DNA of 35,898 nt from a virus (Duplodnaviria; Caudoviricetes), in the IMG/VR virus record IMGVR_UViG_3300032257_000064, positions 1 through 35,898 of that record; one strand, given 5' to 3'. The notes under the pieces are model-generated. The model saw only the letters and a program-made list of their open reading frames with translations. It was not told the DNA's origin and did no database searches. Made by a program: the position numbers and the translations under genes. Positions 8,115 through 16,616 of the stretch are shown here, piece after piece (within the stretch, counting starts at the first letter, position 1; each line of letters starts with the position of its first letter).

Positions 8115-8229
8115 TCATTAAGGGTAAACCCTACAAATAAGCCGCCCATCAGAAGCCAGTGCTTTTTGTTACAAAACTGTTAAAAAATAAATTAATATAC
8201 ATCTTTATTTTTTTCCGTCCTGTTAAACG

Positions 8230-8937
8230 ATGTCTAGTTTTTCCCGTCGGATACAACAACTTATGGATGATACGGGGGCAGCTTCTTTTGAAGAACTGTC
8301 AAAATTTTCTGGACAAACCAACGCCGCTGATAAAATTTCAAAATCATCGCTTTATCGATGGGCGCAAAATGACCAAGTGTCTATTCGTTCGGCCAAACGC
8401 ATTGCAAAAGCCTTTTCATTAAATTGGCAATGGGTTTATTCCGGCACCCTGCCCATGAAATTTGACACCGTGTCAGACACCACCAATGAAAACCAGCAAG
8501 CACCGACACAGCCAGAACAAAACAATTCCGGCACACCATTAAGATTGCGACTGATCAAAGAAGTCTATAAATATTATGACTGGGAAATTGATTTAATAAA
8601 AAACACATACACTTTTCACAAGCAACTGATTGATGCAGCTGCGCGCCCCAATGAAACCCTGACCATTCCTTTGGATGATTTATTTCAATACATCATTGAT
8701 GAAGATCACAACACCGTGATTGAATCCCTTTCAGAGTGCATACACGATTTAGACAACAATATTTATTCCATTAACTACCGATACAAAACCGCTGAAGGCA
8801 TTCAAACCCGTCACTCTTATGCCATCGCTGAATTTGATGACTACACCCGCGCGGTAAAAATTATCGGCATATCGGTGCCCGTCCCTGTTAATGCAGCGTC
8901 AAAAAACGCGAATCAATTAGACCTGCTAACCGATTAA
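8230..8937 (+). CDS. Xre/CI-type HTH fused to a C-terminal PAS-like (PAS_3/PAC) domain
   Basis: HTH: FSRRIQQLM...ISKSSLYRW...RIAKAFSLNWQWVYSGTLPM, then a Q/N/T/P linker. PAS-like part: DWEIDL...F..YIIDEDH..V...L...YSINYRYKTAEG...RAVKIIG. Confidence 0.7.
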   Translation: MSSFSRRIQQLMDDTGAASFEELSKFSGQTNAADKISKSSLYRWAQNDQVSIRSAKRIAKAFSLNWQWVYSGTLPMKFDTVSDTTNENQQAPTQPEQNNSGTPLRLRLIKEVYKYYDWEIDLIKNTYTFHKQLIDAAARPNETLTIPLDDLFQYIIDEDHNTVIESLSECIHDLDNNIYSINYRYKTAEGIQTRHSYAIAEFDDYTRAVKIIGISVPVPVNAASKNANQLDLLTD

Positions 8938-9094
8938 AACCAGTTCCCAAAAATTCCCACCGCAAAGCGGCCTGTCACTGCCCTGCTTTTTTTGAAACTC
9001 TTTTGACACTTTAATGAGAACGCGGTTTAAAACAATTCTGTCCTGTGTATGCTGTCATGCGTTATTTTTCATAATAAGAAAAAGGAATAAAAAA

Positions 9095-9625
9095 ATGACT
9101 GATACAAATTACATAGACACCGTGGCTTTTGAATTTAAAAAACAACTGCACCAGCACAGCATGAAGGGGCAGTTAATTCAGGGCGCTAAAATTTTGGGGG
9201 CAGCCATCCTGTTGCTGGCATCATCTTACCTGGGCACCACCTTAAGCAGTAACAACTTGCAACACAGCAATGAACAACGCATCAGCAAAATCGAACTCGC
9301 TAATGACATCTATGAAAGCATTCCAGAAGATTTGAATATCACCATCATTAAACAAAATCAGATGTTGTCAGAGAGCCAGCAACACAAAGCCGAGATCATG
9401 GCCAAGCTGGATGAACTGGAACGCAACCAACACCAGCTAGCCTTTCAGCAAGAAACACAGATCAAGCTGGAAGCTCAACGGTTTGAAACCACACTGGCCG
9501 TGCAGGCCGAACAACTGCGACGTGAAAGACCCGTGAAACAGTCGGTTTCAAATCACACAGAAATTATTCAACTGAAAGCCAAAATCAATGAATTAGCCCG
9601 ACTTATCAAGGCCAAATCCATCTAA
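9095..9625 (+). CDS. Single-pass membrane protein with long coiled coil
   Basis: Hydrophobic GAKILGAAILLLASSYLG followed by Q/E/L-rich heptads. AAGGA RBS before ATG 9095. Confidence 0.65.
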   Translation: MTDTNYIDTVAFEFKKQLHQHSMKGQLIQGAKILGAAILLLASSYLGTTLSSNNLQHSNEQRISKIELANDIYESIPEDLNITIIKQNQMLSESQQHKAEIMAKLDELERNQHQLAFQQETQIKLEAQRFETTLAVQAEQLRRERPVKQSVSNHTEIIQLKAKINELARLIKAKSI

Positions 9626-9647
9626 AGCGCCCACCCATACCCCTCAC

Positions 9648-9672
9648 AAAGCCCAGTTCATGGGCTTTTTTT
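9648..9672 (+). terminator. Intrinsic terminator closing the immunity operon
   Basis: AAAGCCCA-GTTCA-TGGGCTTTTTTT. Confidence 0.85.
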
Positions 9673-9756
9673 ATGCCTTTTTTCATCAGCCAGCCTGCAA
9701 ATCATCAATAAATCAATACATAAATAAACAATAATCAACATTTTGGTGGTTTTTAT

Positions 9757-9786
9757 TTGACAGTAAATAAACTTTATGTTTATTAT
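9757..9786 (+). promoter_or_regulatory. pL-like early promoter with operator at 9767-9783
   Basis: TTGACA-18 bp-TATTAT. The spacer carries ATAAACTTTATGTTTAT, matching the cro/cI operators. Confidence 0.75.
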
Positions 9787-9821
9787 AGTTTATCTTATAT
9801 AAATATTTGAAGGTCACACCA

Positions 9822-10031
9822 ATGAGCGAACAGACCAGAAACATCAAAATGCCATTAACGGTGTCACTGTTTGAACTTGATGAATTTGCCAAAAAAATCA
9901 ACTGCGTGCTGCACATGAATGACGGTGAAATTTCATTGATCCGCAATCGCGCACCGATAAAAAAACAGCCTGAACTGAAGCTGGTGATTGACAACCGACC
10001 CGTCCAGCCAGCTGCTGACTTAATCGCATAA
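9822..10031 (+). CDS. Hypothetical protein, first gene of the pL operon
   Basis: ATG 9822 with GAAGG RBS. Confidence 0.55.
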   Translation: MSEQTRNIKMPLTVSLFELDEFAKKINCVLHMNDGEISLIRNRAPIKKQPELKLVIDNRPVQPAADLIA

Positions 10032-10033
10032 AC

Positions 10034-10309
10034 ATGACAAGCACCAACGCCGTCACCATCCAGCAAGCCGCCAAACAACTGGGCATGGGTCAGCGCAAAT
10101 TATTTTCATTCATGCGTGATAAGAGAATCATTTTTAAAGACAAGATAACCGGCTGCAACCTGCCCTTTTCACGCTTTGTTGAACAGGGTTATTTGGCCAC
10201 AAAAAACAGCAGCTGGGTGCAGGAAGGCATAGGTGAACGAACCAGCACAAAAACAATGGTCACAACCAAAGGGCTGTTCTGGTTACAAGATTTAATCAAC
10301 AACAAATAA
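10034..10309 (+). CDS. Antirepressor KilAC (ANT-C) domain protein
   Basis: IQQAAKQLGMGQRKLFSFMR...NLP...VEQGY...TMVTTKGLFWL. Confidence 0.85.
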   Translation: MTSTNAVTIQQAAKQLGMGQRKLFSFMRDKRIIFKDKITGCNLPFSRFVEQGYLATKNSSWVQEGIGERTSTKTMVTTKGLFWLQDLINNK

Positions 10310-10328
10310 ATTAATACTGGGGAAAAGT

Positions 10329-11198
10329 ATGATTACAGTGAACAGTTATTTTTCTGGGGGCGGTCTGTTTGACATCGGTCTTCAGCAGTCTGGGTTAGAC
10401 ATTCAACATTCATTTGAACTGGATGCCACTTGCTGCAAAGTGCAAAGTCATAATTTTAATAAAGACATTCAGCCAACTGATATTTCAGAAAAACTGGTAT
10501 TAACCGACACCGCCGGTGATGTGCTGGCCTTCACTTACCCTTGCACCAAATATTCAACCATTGCCAACATTCATGAAACGCGCACCGGTGATGATATGTA
10601 CCTGCACGCTTTGCGTCATACCGCCATTCACAACCCTGAAATATTTGTCTGTGAAAACGTGCCAGGTATGCGCGCCTTCCCGTTGGTGATGGAAGCCATG
10701 ACCAAGCTGCCCAATTATTACATCACAACAATTTGCCCGATTCAGGCACAAACATGGCTACCACAAAAGCGTGACCGCATCATCATACTGGCCAGCAAAA
10801 AACCATTCAGCTGGCGGCCACCGGTTTATAAAAACCCTAAAAAATTAAAAGACATTTTAGAACATGAGCCGCGCATCACTTACCCGAAAGCCATCACCGC
10901 GCGCATGAATGGTGAATACCGTGATTTACCCATCATATCTGACCCAGAAAAAAACGATCTGGCACCCACGTGCGTGGCGCATTACGCCAAAGATAAAAGC
11001 ACACGCCTTGTTAAAGATAAACGTTTCCCAATGGGTGTGCGGCCATACAGCGTGCGCGAATATGCACGGCTTCAGGGTGTGCCGGACTGGTATGAATTTA
11101 ATTGTTCAGACACTGCCGCTTATAAAATGATCGGCAATGGCGTGCCAGTAGAAATGGGGCGGTGGGTTGGTTCTGAAATCACGCGCTATTTTAATTAG
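10329..11198 (+). CDS. Orphan C5-cytosine DNA methyltransferase
   Basis: Motif I YFSGGG, catalytic PC (TYPC), ENV, QKRDR, REYARLQG and YKMIGNGV. Confidence 0.92.
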   Translation: MITVNSYFSGGGLFDIGLQQSGLDIQHSFELDATCCKVQSHNFNKDIQPTDISEKLVLTDTAGDVLAFTYPCTKYSTIANIHETRTGDDMYLHALRHTAIHNPEIFVCENVPGMRAFPLVMEAMTKLPNYYITTICPIQAQTWLPQKRDRIIILASKKPFSWRPPVYKNPKKLKDILEHEPRITYPKAITARMNGEYRDLPIISDPEKNDLAPTCVAHYAKDKSTRLVKDKRFPMGVRPYSVREYARLQGVPDWYEFNCSDTAAYKMIGNGVPVEMGRWVGSEITRYFN

Positions 11199-11212
11199 TC
11201 GGACATAAAAAA

Positions 11213-11419
11213 ATGAACACTGAAAACACTTTTTCACAACGCCCTGACATTGGTCTTTTATTTACCACTAACAATAATCAATGGCGCGTGACATCAACAA
11301 CCAACCGGTTTGTGATTGCCACGCGTTCAGACATTGATGGTGAACCATGCCGTGCCAGTGACGTTATTAAATTAAACATAAACAATTCAGATAAGGGAAT
11401 TCACCATGTCACTTTGTAA
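11213..11419 (+). CDS. Hypothetical protein
   Basis: Closely packed ORF in the plus-strand early operon. Confidence 0.55.
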   Translation: MNTENTFSQRPDIGLLFTTNNNQWRVTSTTNRFVIATRSDIDGEPCRASDVIKLNINNSDKGIHHVTL

Positions 11420-11756
11420 ATCATGCTTACAAGCAAACAGAACCTGCCCTGTTTATCCAATGACTAAAAGAAATTTATGCGTTGAATATTTAGCCAAAAA
11501 AACTGTGAACATGGTTCACAAAGAACCCGTTCATGATGCGTCTGCATCACCTTACAAACTGGTTAATAAACACTTTCTTGATGTGTTATCTGAAAATATA
11601 AAAGCACTGAAAGCAATGGTGCCGGTCTTTGATACAAAACTGCAAGCCAGACTCAGTGTCATGGAAATTGCACTAACCGATGTCATCAACACCAAAGACA
11701 ATATTGATCTGGATGAAACAGATTTTCCAGCACTGTGCAGAAGGCAGGTGTCATGA
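11406..11756 (+). CDS. Hypothetical protein with Cys-rich N-terminus
   Basis: CKSC...C...C pattern, AAGGG RBS. Confidence 0.6.
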   Translation: MSLCKSCLQANRTCPVYPMTKRNLCVEYLAKKTVNMVHKEPVHDASASPYKLVNKHFLDVLSENIKALKAMVPVFDTKLQARLSVMEIALTDVINTKDNIDLDETDFPALCRRQVS

Positions 11757-11971
11757 AAATATTAAGCGGCTTATTTCACGCAACATATACAGCACTGTTA
11801 GCGCTGGCCATTGTTTATGCAGTGATTGTTTATGAAGTGCCCGTTAAATGTATTTTATCAGTCATCATTATTTTAGTCATAGCCATTGTTATTTATATCA
11901 GTATTTATGCCGCGTTAATGCTGCGCAAATACACCAACAATCAGGGAAAAAATCATGATAAAAAGATATGA
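11753..11971 (+). CDS. Small two-TM membrane protein
   Basis: Two hydrophobic segments and ATGA coupling to the upstream gene. Confidence 0.55.
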   Translation: MKILSGLFHATYTALLALAIVYAVIVYEVPVKCILSVIIILVIAIVIYISIYAALMLRKYTNNQGKNHDKKI

Positions 11972-12311
11972 AATACTTATTGTTCATCAGCCAGCAATAC
12001 TGGCAAAAAACAACGTGTTTGAAATAACAAACATGAAGGTGCTGGCCGAAAATAAAAAGCTGATTGTCTTTGATAATGATCAATTCAAGATCATAGCAAA
12101 ACAAAAATCATGGATATACAGCCAAATAAACAAACCCACTATTGTCATTTATACAAATGATAGTTGTTATGGCAACTCTGTGAAATACATTCTTTACACC
12201 GACAAAAACAAACGCAACAGCACCATAAAAAAAGAAATAGAAAAAAAACTGAATGATAAATACGGCTGGTTAATAAAAGAACTAGACCTGAATTTCATCA
12301 CCAATAAATAA
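11955..12311 (+). CDS. Hypothetical protein (AT-rich, Lys-rich)
   Basis: 118-aa ORF in operon. Confidence 0.6.
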   Translation: MIKRYEILIVHQPAILAKNNVFEITNMKVLAENKKLIVFDNDQFKIIAKQKSWIYSQINKPTIVIYTNDSCYGNSVKYILYTDKNKRNSTIKKEIEKKLNDKYGWLIKELDLNFITNK

Positions 12312-12322
12312 AGAGGTAACAC

Positions 12323-12667
12323 ATGAAAGCCATCATTGATTTTTCAAACTGCAAACCTGCCATCAAAGAATTATTTTTAATGAATAAACTGGAATTGCCT
12401 GTTGAAATAAACATGGAAACCAACACCGCCACCATCATTGAGAGTGAGTGCAGCCCGCAATTAATTAATCATTGCCGGTTTCATTACAACCGAAAATTAA
12501 GAAAAGCAGAAGTGAAAGCATATAAAAGTTTTACCCGTTTTATCGGTGATAAAAAATTAACAAGAGAGATAAAAACAAACGGCATCAAAGCCGATGACCT
12601 GATTAAAACAATGCGCTTTGATTTGGAAAATATACCGTCAGGTGCTGCGCTCTACCTTGTGGGTTAA
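12323..12667 (+). CDS. Hypothetical protein
   Basis: GAGGT RBS, 114 aa. Confidence 0.65.
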   Translation: MKAIIDFSNCKPAIKELFLMNKLELPVEINMETNTATIIESECSPQLINHCRFHYNRKLRKAEVKAYKSFTRFIGDKKLTREIKTNGIKADDLIKTMRFDLENIPSGAALYLVG

Positions 12668-12671
12668 TGTC

Positions 12672-13019
12672 ATGAGTGAATTAAAAAACACTTTACAGGC
12701 CATTGCCAACATGACTGATGACAAACACATTGTTGAAATGATTGCCCGCTGCCTGATGCTTGCAATGGATCAGGATGAATTAATTGACGGGCTAGATAAA
12801 AAAACAAATACAGACATGAAAATAATCATCACTGAAAACAGTGTTGAAATGATAGGCGCTGATTTTGAAGTGGATCATGACAACATGATTGACTGGTCAT
12901 GCAGACTGTCTGCCCTTGAAGGTTGCGCGTGGGGTGTTAAACGGCTGGGTGAAGAAATGCAAAAGTCAGTCAGTTTTTACCGCACCGGCAAACCTGTTGA
13001 CAATATCGGTATTGAATAA
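12672..13019 (+). CDS. Hypothetical protein
   Basis: ATG 12672 just after the upstream stop. Confidence 0.6.
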   Translation: MSELKNTLQAIANMTDDKHIVEMIARCLMLAMDQDELIDGLDKKTNTDMKIIITENSVEMIGADFEVDHDNMIDWSCRLSALEGCAWGVKRLGEEMQKSVSFYRTGKPVDNIGIE

Positions 13020-13029
13020 AGGAAAAATA

Positions 13030-13530
13030 ATGGCTGAACAATTTGAACGTGAAACAAGGTATGCAGTTTTTAAAAACACTGACCTGAAATATCTATCTGA
13101 TGACGAACTGATGTTTTTAAACATCATTGCCAACCATATTCATGATGGGCGGCTAGAAGACAAAAAAGAACCGCTGCAATGTGCCGTGATTGAATCTGAC
13201 TGGTCAGTGCATGATGAGGCCTGGGCACTGATTGAAAAAGAGTTTAATAACGACAAAAAACCACCCGCAATAAATGGCCGCCGGTTTATGCCGTCAGAAA
13301 ATTTAAACAACATCACCAGTGACATGAAAGCACAATGCATCGGTGAATTTTCTATGGAATTAAAACACACCTGCACAGCCTGTTTTTATAATGAACCGGA
13401 TGAAAACTGTGAAGTGTGTGCTGGTGAAATAACTTACTACCAGAACCACGCGATTGACTGGACAACAACAAAAGATATTTATCAAAAAATGTTAGCCGCC
13501 AAACTCAACGAATTAAAAGGTGATGCATGA
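13030..13530 (+). CDS. Hypothetical protein with C-terminal CxxC...CxxC Zn motif
   Basis: AAGGA RBS. N-terminal ERETRYAVFK phage-type motif and CTAC...CEVC. Confidence 0.65.
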   Translation: MAEQFERETRYAVFKNTDLKYLSDDELMFLNIIANHIHDGRLEDKKEPLQCAVIESDWSVHDEAWALIEKEFNNDKKPPAINGRRFMPSENLNNITSDMKAQCIGEFSMELKHTCTACFYNEPDENCEVCAGEITYYQNHAIDWTTTKDIYQKMLAAKLNELKGDA

Positions 13531-14198
13531 AAGACTTCATTAAACGCAAAATACTATTAACACATGATGCAGTATTTCATGACTGTAACGGTGATGACTA
13601 TAAAATTAATGGCATCCGATCCAACAACAGCCACGGCCATGAAAAAATAAAACTGTTTATCGGTGATCATGAATTTATACTGACCAGCGATGATCACCAG
13701 GACATCAACGAACTGGCCAGTGCTGCATCAAACATGTTAATGGAATTAGCCTGCAACCCCTGCACCCTGCCGGTGGTGCCCGATCAAAACAAATCCGTGA
13801 TGCTGTCAGGTTCAGGCTTACCAGAATATGAAGTCAGCAGACTGATGGAAAAAAACAAAGATGCCATCGTCAACGCCACCCGTGAAGTATTCAGAACACA
13901 AGGCATTGCCTCATTACTAAACCCACTGGATAAATTCCCAGCACCGGCCACCACAAATGATAATATTGTCATCATTATCAACGCACCCACTTATGTATAT
14001 ATCACTAATAATATTAACGTCTTATCATGGCTGCGATTTTTTGGCTGCAATACATGGGTGCACAATGAAGTCAATATTGACCCCATCAAAAAAGGCATGT
14101 TGAAATTCTATTCTGATGATCACGTCAAAAAACTGCCCCAGCCAGCAGACGCGGTGATTGACTATCAAGCCGCAAAACTTGCGATTGTAAACAAATAG
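13527..14198 (+). CDS. Hypothetical protein
   Basis: 223 aa, ATGA-coupled, AAGGTG RBS. Confidence 0.65.
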   Translation: MKDFIKRKILLTHDAVFHDCNGDDYKINGIRSNNSHGHEKIKLFIGDHEFILTSDDHQDINELASAASNMLMELACNPCTLPVVPDQNKSVMLSGSGLPEYEVSRLMEKNKDAIVNATREVFRTQGIASLLNPLDKFPAPATTNDNIVIIINAPTYVYITNNINVLSWLRFFGCNTWVHNEVNIDPIKKGMLKFYSDDHVKKLPQPADAVIDYQAAKLAIVNK

Positions 14199-14207
14199 TT
14201 TAATACT

Positions 14208-14489
14208 ATGCACGCAAAATACTGGACAATTAAAAAAGCCGCCATCGAGACCGGCTACACCGAGAAAGCGATTTATCAAAAAATCTCTAAAGGTGAATGG
14301 CGTGAACACCAGCAATGGGTGTGTGCGCCGGACGGCAAAAAATTAATCATCATTGAAGGGTTTAATTCATGGGTGGAAAGTACGAAGGGGTCAGTGCTGC
14401 CAGTGCGTCCAGCATCAACATCAGTTTCACCTATAAAGGTCAGCGCTGCCGTGAAAAAATCAAACTCACCCCAACCGATGAGAATTTAA
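14208..14489 (+). CDS. xis: Excisionase
   Basis: YWTIKKAAIETGYTEKAIYQKISKGEW...APDGK.LI...FNSWVE winged helix directly upstream of, and overlapping, int. Confidence 0.85.
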   Translation: MHAKYWTIKKAAIETGYTEKAIYQKISKGEWREHQQWVCAPDGKKLIIIEGFNSWVESTKGSVLPVRPASTSVSPIKVSAAVKKSNSPQPMRI

Positions 14490-15553
14490 AAAAAGTCTAC
14501 CATCACCGGTGCGCCATTTTAGATGCCATTGCCCGTGGTGAATTTGATTATGCCGTCACGTTTCCCAGCTCAAAAAATAAAGCCCGCTTTGCTAAAACAC
14601 CAGGGGCGGTGATCACGCTGGAAACCTACCTTGAAAACTGGGTCACGGGTTTGACTGGTTCGTTAAAAGCCAGCACCGTGGCCGGATATAAAAAAATCAT
14701 TTTCAATCAACTGATTCCCCAGTTCGGTGACTTGCACGTGTCAGAATTATCACGCCGTCATGTCAAAGAATGGCTGGCCACCAAGACCGACATCACCGCC
14801 AAGACCCAGGGCAATCTGATCAGCCCGTTGCGTGAAGCCTTAAATGATGCAATGGATGATGAGCTGATTCAGACCAACCCCTTAGCAGGCTGGAAAATTC
14901 GCCGCAAACGCACCGGCCAGAAAGCCAAGGCCGCGCCGGTTGATCCGTTTTCATCCGATGAACGCGCCGCCATTTTGGAAGCCTGCCGTGATGAACAGTT
15001 TAAAAATTTAATCACCTTTGCGTTCTGGACGGGATTAAGAACCAGTGAACTGGTCGGTTTAAATTGGTCGCACATTGACTGGCACCGGCAAAGCGTGTTC
15101 ATTGATGAAGCCTTAACCGCCGCCGCCATCAAAGACGGCACCGGCCATGAAGACCCCAAAACCGTGGCCGGTGCGCGTGAAGTTGATTTATTGCCACCAG
15201 CCTTGGCCGCCATCAAAGCCCAGCGCAAATTTTCAGAATTAAAAGGCGCTGAAGTGTTTCAAGACCCACGCTATCAAGAGCGCTGGCAAGGTGATGCGCC
15301 GATCAGAAAAAGTTTTTGGACACCGGCACTGACCCGCGCGAAAGTGCGCTATCGAAAACCCTACACCACGCGCCACACCTTTGCGTCAATGGCACTGATG
15401 GCCGGTGAAGACATCCGTGCGATTGCGCGGATGCTTGGCCATATAGACTGGACATTCACCGCCCGCACTTATGCCCGCTTCATTCCAAATGATGCGCCGC
15501 GTTTAGGTGCTAAATTGTGCCCAGCCACAACAGGGAAAACAAACCATGAGTAA
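14369..15553 (+). CDS. int: Tyrosine integrase with N-terminal arm-binding domain (DUF3596-type)
   Basis: ISFTYKGQRCRE arm-binding motif. Catalytic TGLRTSEL, PKT, PYTTRHTFAS, MLGH and TYARF. Confidence 0.95.
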   Translation: MGGKYEGVSAASASSINISFTYKGQRCREKIKLTPTDENLKKVYHHRCAILDAIARGEFDYAVTFPSSKNKARFAKTPGAVITLETYLENWVTGLTGSLKASTVAGYKKIIFNQLIPQFGDLHVSELSRRHVKEWLATKTDITAKTQGNLISPLREALNDAMDDELIQTNPLAGWKIRRKRTGQKAKAAPVDPFSSDERAAILEACRDEQFKNLITFAFWTGLRTSELVGLNWSHIDWHRQSVFIDEALTAAAIKDGTGHEDPKTVAGAREVDLLPPALAAIKAQRKFSELKGAEVFQDPRYQERWQGDAPIRKSFWTPALTRAKVRYRKPYTTRHTFASMALMAGEDIRAIARMLGHIDWTFTARTYARFIPNDAPRLGAKLCPATTGKTNHE

Positions 15554-15821
15554 AACCTTTTCAATAGCCTGCACGCAATGTAAAAAACAGTTATGGATTG
15601 CCCAGGGTCATGGCTATCCGATACCAACAAAACTGAGTTTTTACAGCGGCGAACCTGAAACAATCGAAGCCTTAGAAAACTTTCTGATGGATCACTTCAA
15701 ACACCCGCTGATTTTTGATGAAAACTGTGAAAGCGACTTAATGGATTATGAAGACATGACCCCAGACGTGATGACCAACAGGCACGATTCGGGCACGGTT
15801 CCACGTGAAACGCCGCCCTGA
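15546..15821 (+). CDS. Hypothetical Zn-binding protein between int and attP
   Basis: CTQC...H..H pattern. Overlaps the int stop and has an AGGG RBS. Confidence 0.6.
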   Translation: MSKTFSIACTQCKKQLWIAQGHGYPIPTKLSFYSGEPETIEALENFLMDHFKHPLIFDENCESDLMDYEDMTPDVMTNRHDSGTVPRETPP

Positions 15822-15960
15822 TAGGGGTCAGCGCGGGTTCGATTCCCGCCGCCTCCACCAATTTCTTCAATAAAATCAACAGCTTACAGGGCACGGTTTT
15901 CAAATCGTGCCCCTGTATTGCCCTGTTTTCCCCTACGATTGGCACGAAATTGACACGATT
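15781..15960. promoter_or_regulatory. attP arm-type sites and IHF site
   Basis: G(G/A)CACG(A/G)(T/A) repeats near 15781, 15792, 15890, 15904 (inverted), 15941 and 15952. AATCAACAGCTTA at 15874-15886 fits the IHF consensus WATCAANNNNTTR. Confidence 0.7.
15832..15860 (+). other. attP core: 3' end of tmRNA (ssrA)
   Basis: CGCGGG-TTCGATT-CCCGC-CGCCTCC-ACCA forms a T-arm, acceptor 3' strand and CCA. CGCCTCC would pair with a GGGGGCG 5' end with a G3:U70 pair (Ala identity, as in tmRNA). No 5' half is present. Confidence 0.78.
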
Positions 15961-15977
15961 TATTTTGTGCGTTTGGG

Positions 15978-16015
15978 TTTCTGCGCGCCGCAGCCGCGCC
16001 TTTAGTAGTCCGATT
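15978..16015 (+). repeat. 38-bp inverted repeat, left
   Basis: TTTCTGCGCGCCGCAGCCGCGCCTTTAGTAGTCCGATT is the reverse complement of 16966-17003 with one mismatch. Confidence 0.95.
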
Positions 16016-16045
16016 TTTTCAGCCTAAAATAAAGGCAATAACCGC

Positions 16046-16075
16046 TTGCAACCCCCCACCATTGGGGCGTATAAT
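16046..16075 (+). promoter_or_regulatory. Sigma70 promoter of the radC cassette with a palindrome in the spacer
   Basis: TTGCAA-18 bp-TATAAT with CCCCA-CCAT-TGGGG at 16054-16067. Confidence 0.7.
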
Positions 16076-16125
16076 AAACACATCGGCAAGGCAAACCGCC
16101 CAGCCATAGACAACAGGTAAAAGCC

Positions 16126-16572
16126 ATGTTCACCAAAGAAGAAAAAAAGATCATCAACCAAGCCAAGAAAATTCTGAAAGACCACATCAGCCAACAACCC
16201 GTTCTTGAAAACCCTGCCAACGTGCGCGACTTTTTGCAGCTGCAATTTGCAGACCTTGAGCATGAAGTGTTTGCCGTGATGTTTTTAACTAACCGCCACC
16301 AGTTAATCATAATGAAAGAAATGTTCAGGGGCACGATTGATGGCGCGAGTGTTTACCCGCGTGAAGTGGTCAAGGAAGCTTTAAAAAGAAATGCAGCGGC
16401 GGTGATTTTTTCGCACAATCACCCCAGTGGTGACAACACACCATCAACGGCTGACCGCCGCATCACGGAGCGTTTAAAAGATGCACTGACACTGATTGAT
16501 GTGCGCGTGCTGGATCACGTTGTTGTCAGCATCAAAGGCACGGTGTCTTTTGCTGAACTGGGTTATTTATAA
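16126..16572 (+). CDS. radC: RadC-family JAB/MPN domain protein (short form, no HhH)
   Basis: EHEVF, FRGTIDGASVYPREVVK, HNHPSG, S.AD...T and VLDHVVV. Confidence 0.95.
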   Translation: MFTKEEKKIINQAKKILKDHISQQPVLENPANVRDFLQLQFADLEHEVFAVMFLTNRHQLIIMKEMFRGTIDGASVYPREVVKEALKRNAAAVIFSHNHPSGDNTPSTADRRITERLKDALTLIDVRVLDHVVVSIKGTVSFAELGYL

Positions 16573-16616
16573 TCACCACGGGGCTGGATCACCAGCCCCC
16601 AACCGGAGCCACTCCC

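Noticed and set aside
9043-9058. LexA box CTGTGTATGCTGTCAT upstream of the membrane protein gene
   Set aside because: The right half-site is CAT, not the near-invariant CAG. Too weak to call.
15355-15380. Integrase inactivated because HxxR reads YxxR
   Set aside because: PYxxRH is normal in this integrase subfamily, and the other catalytic residues are intact.
15821-15860. Complete tRNA or tmRNA gene
   Set aside because: Only the T-arm and acceptor 3' strand are present. No D-arm, anticodon arm or tag reading frame lies upstream.
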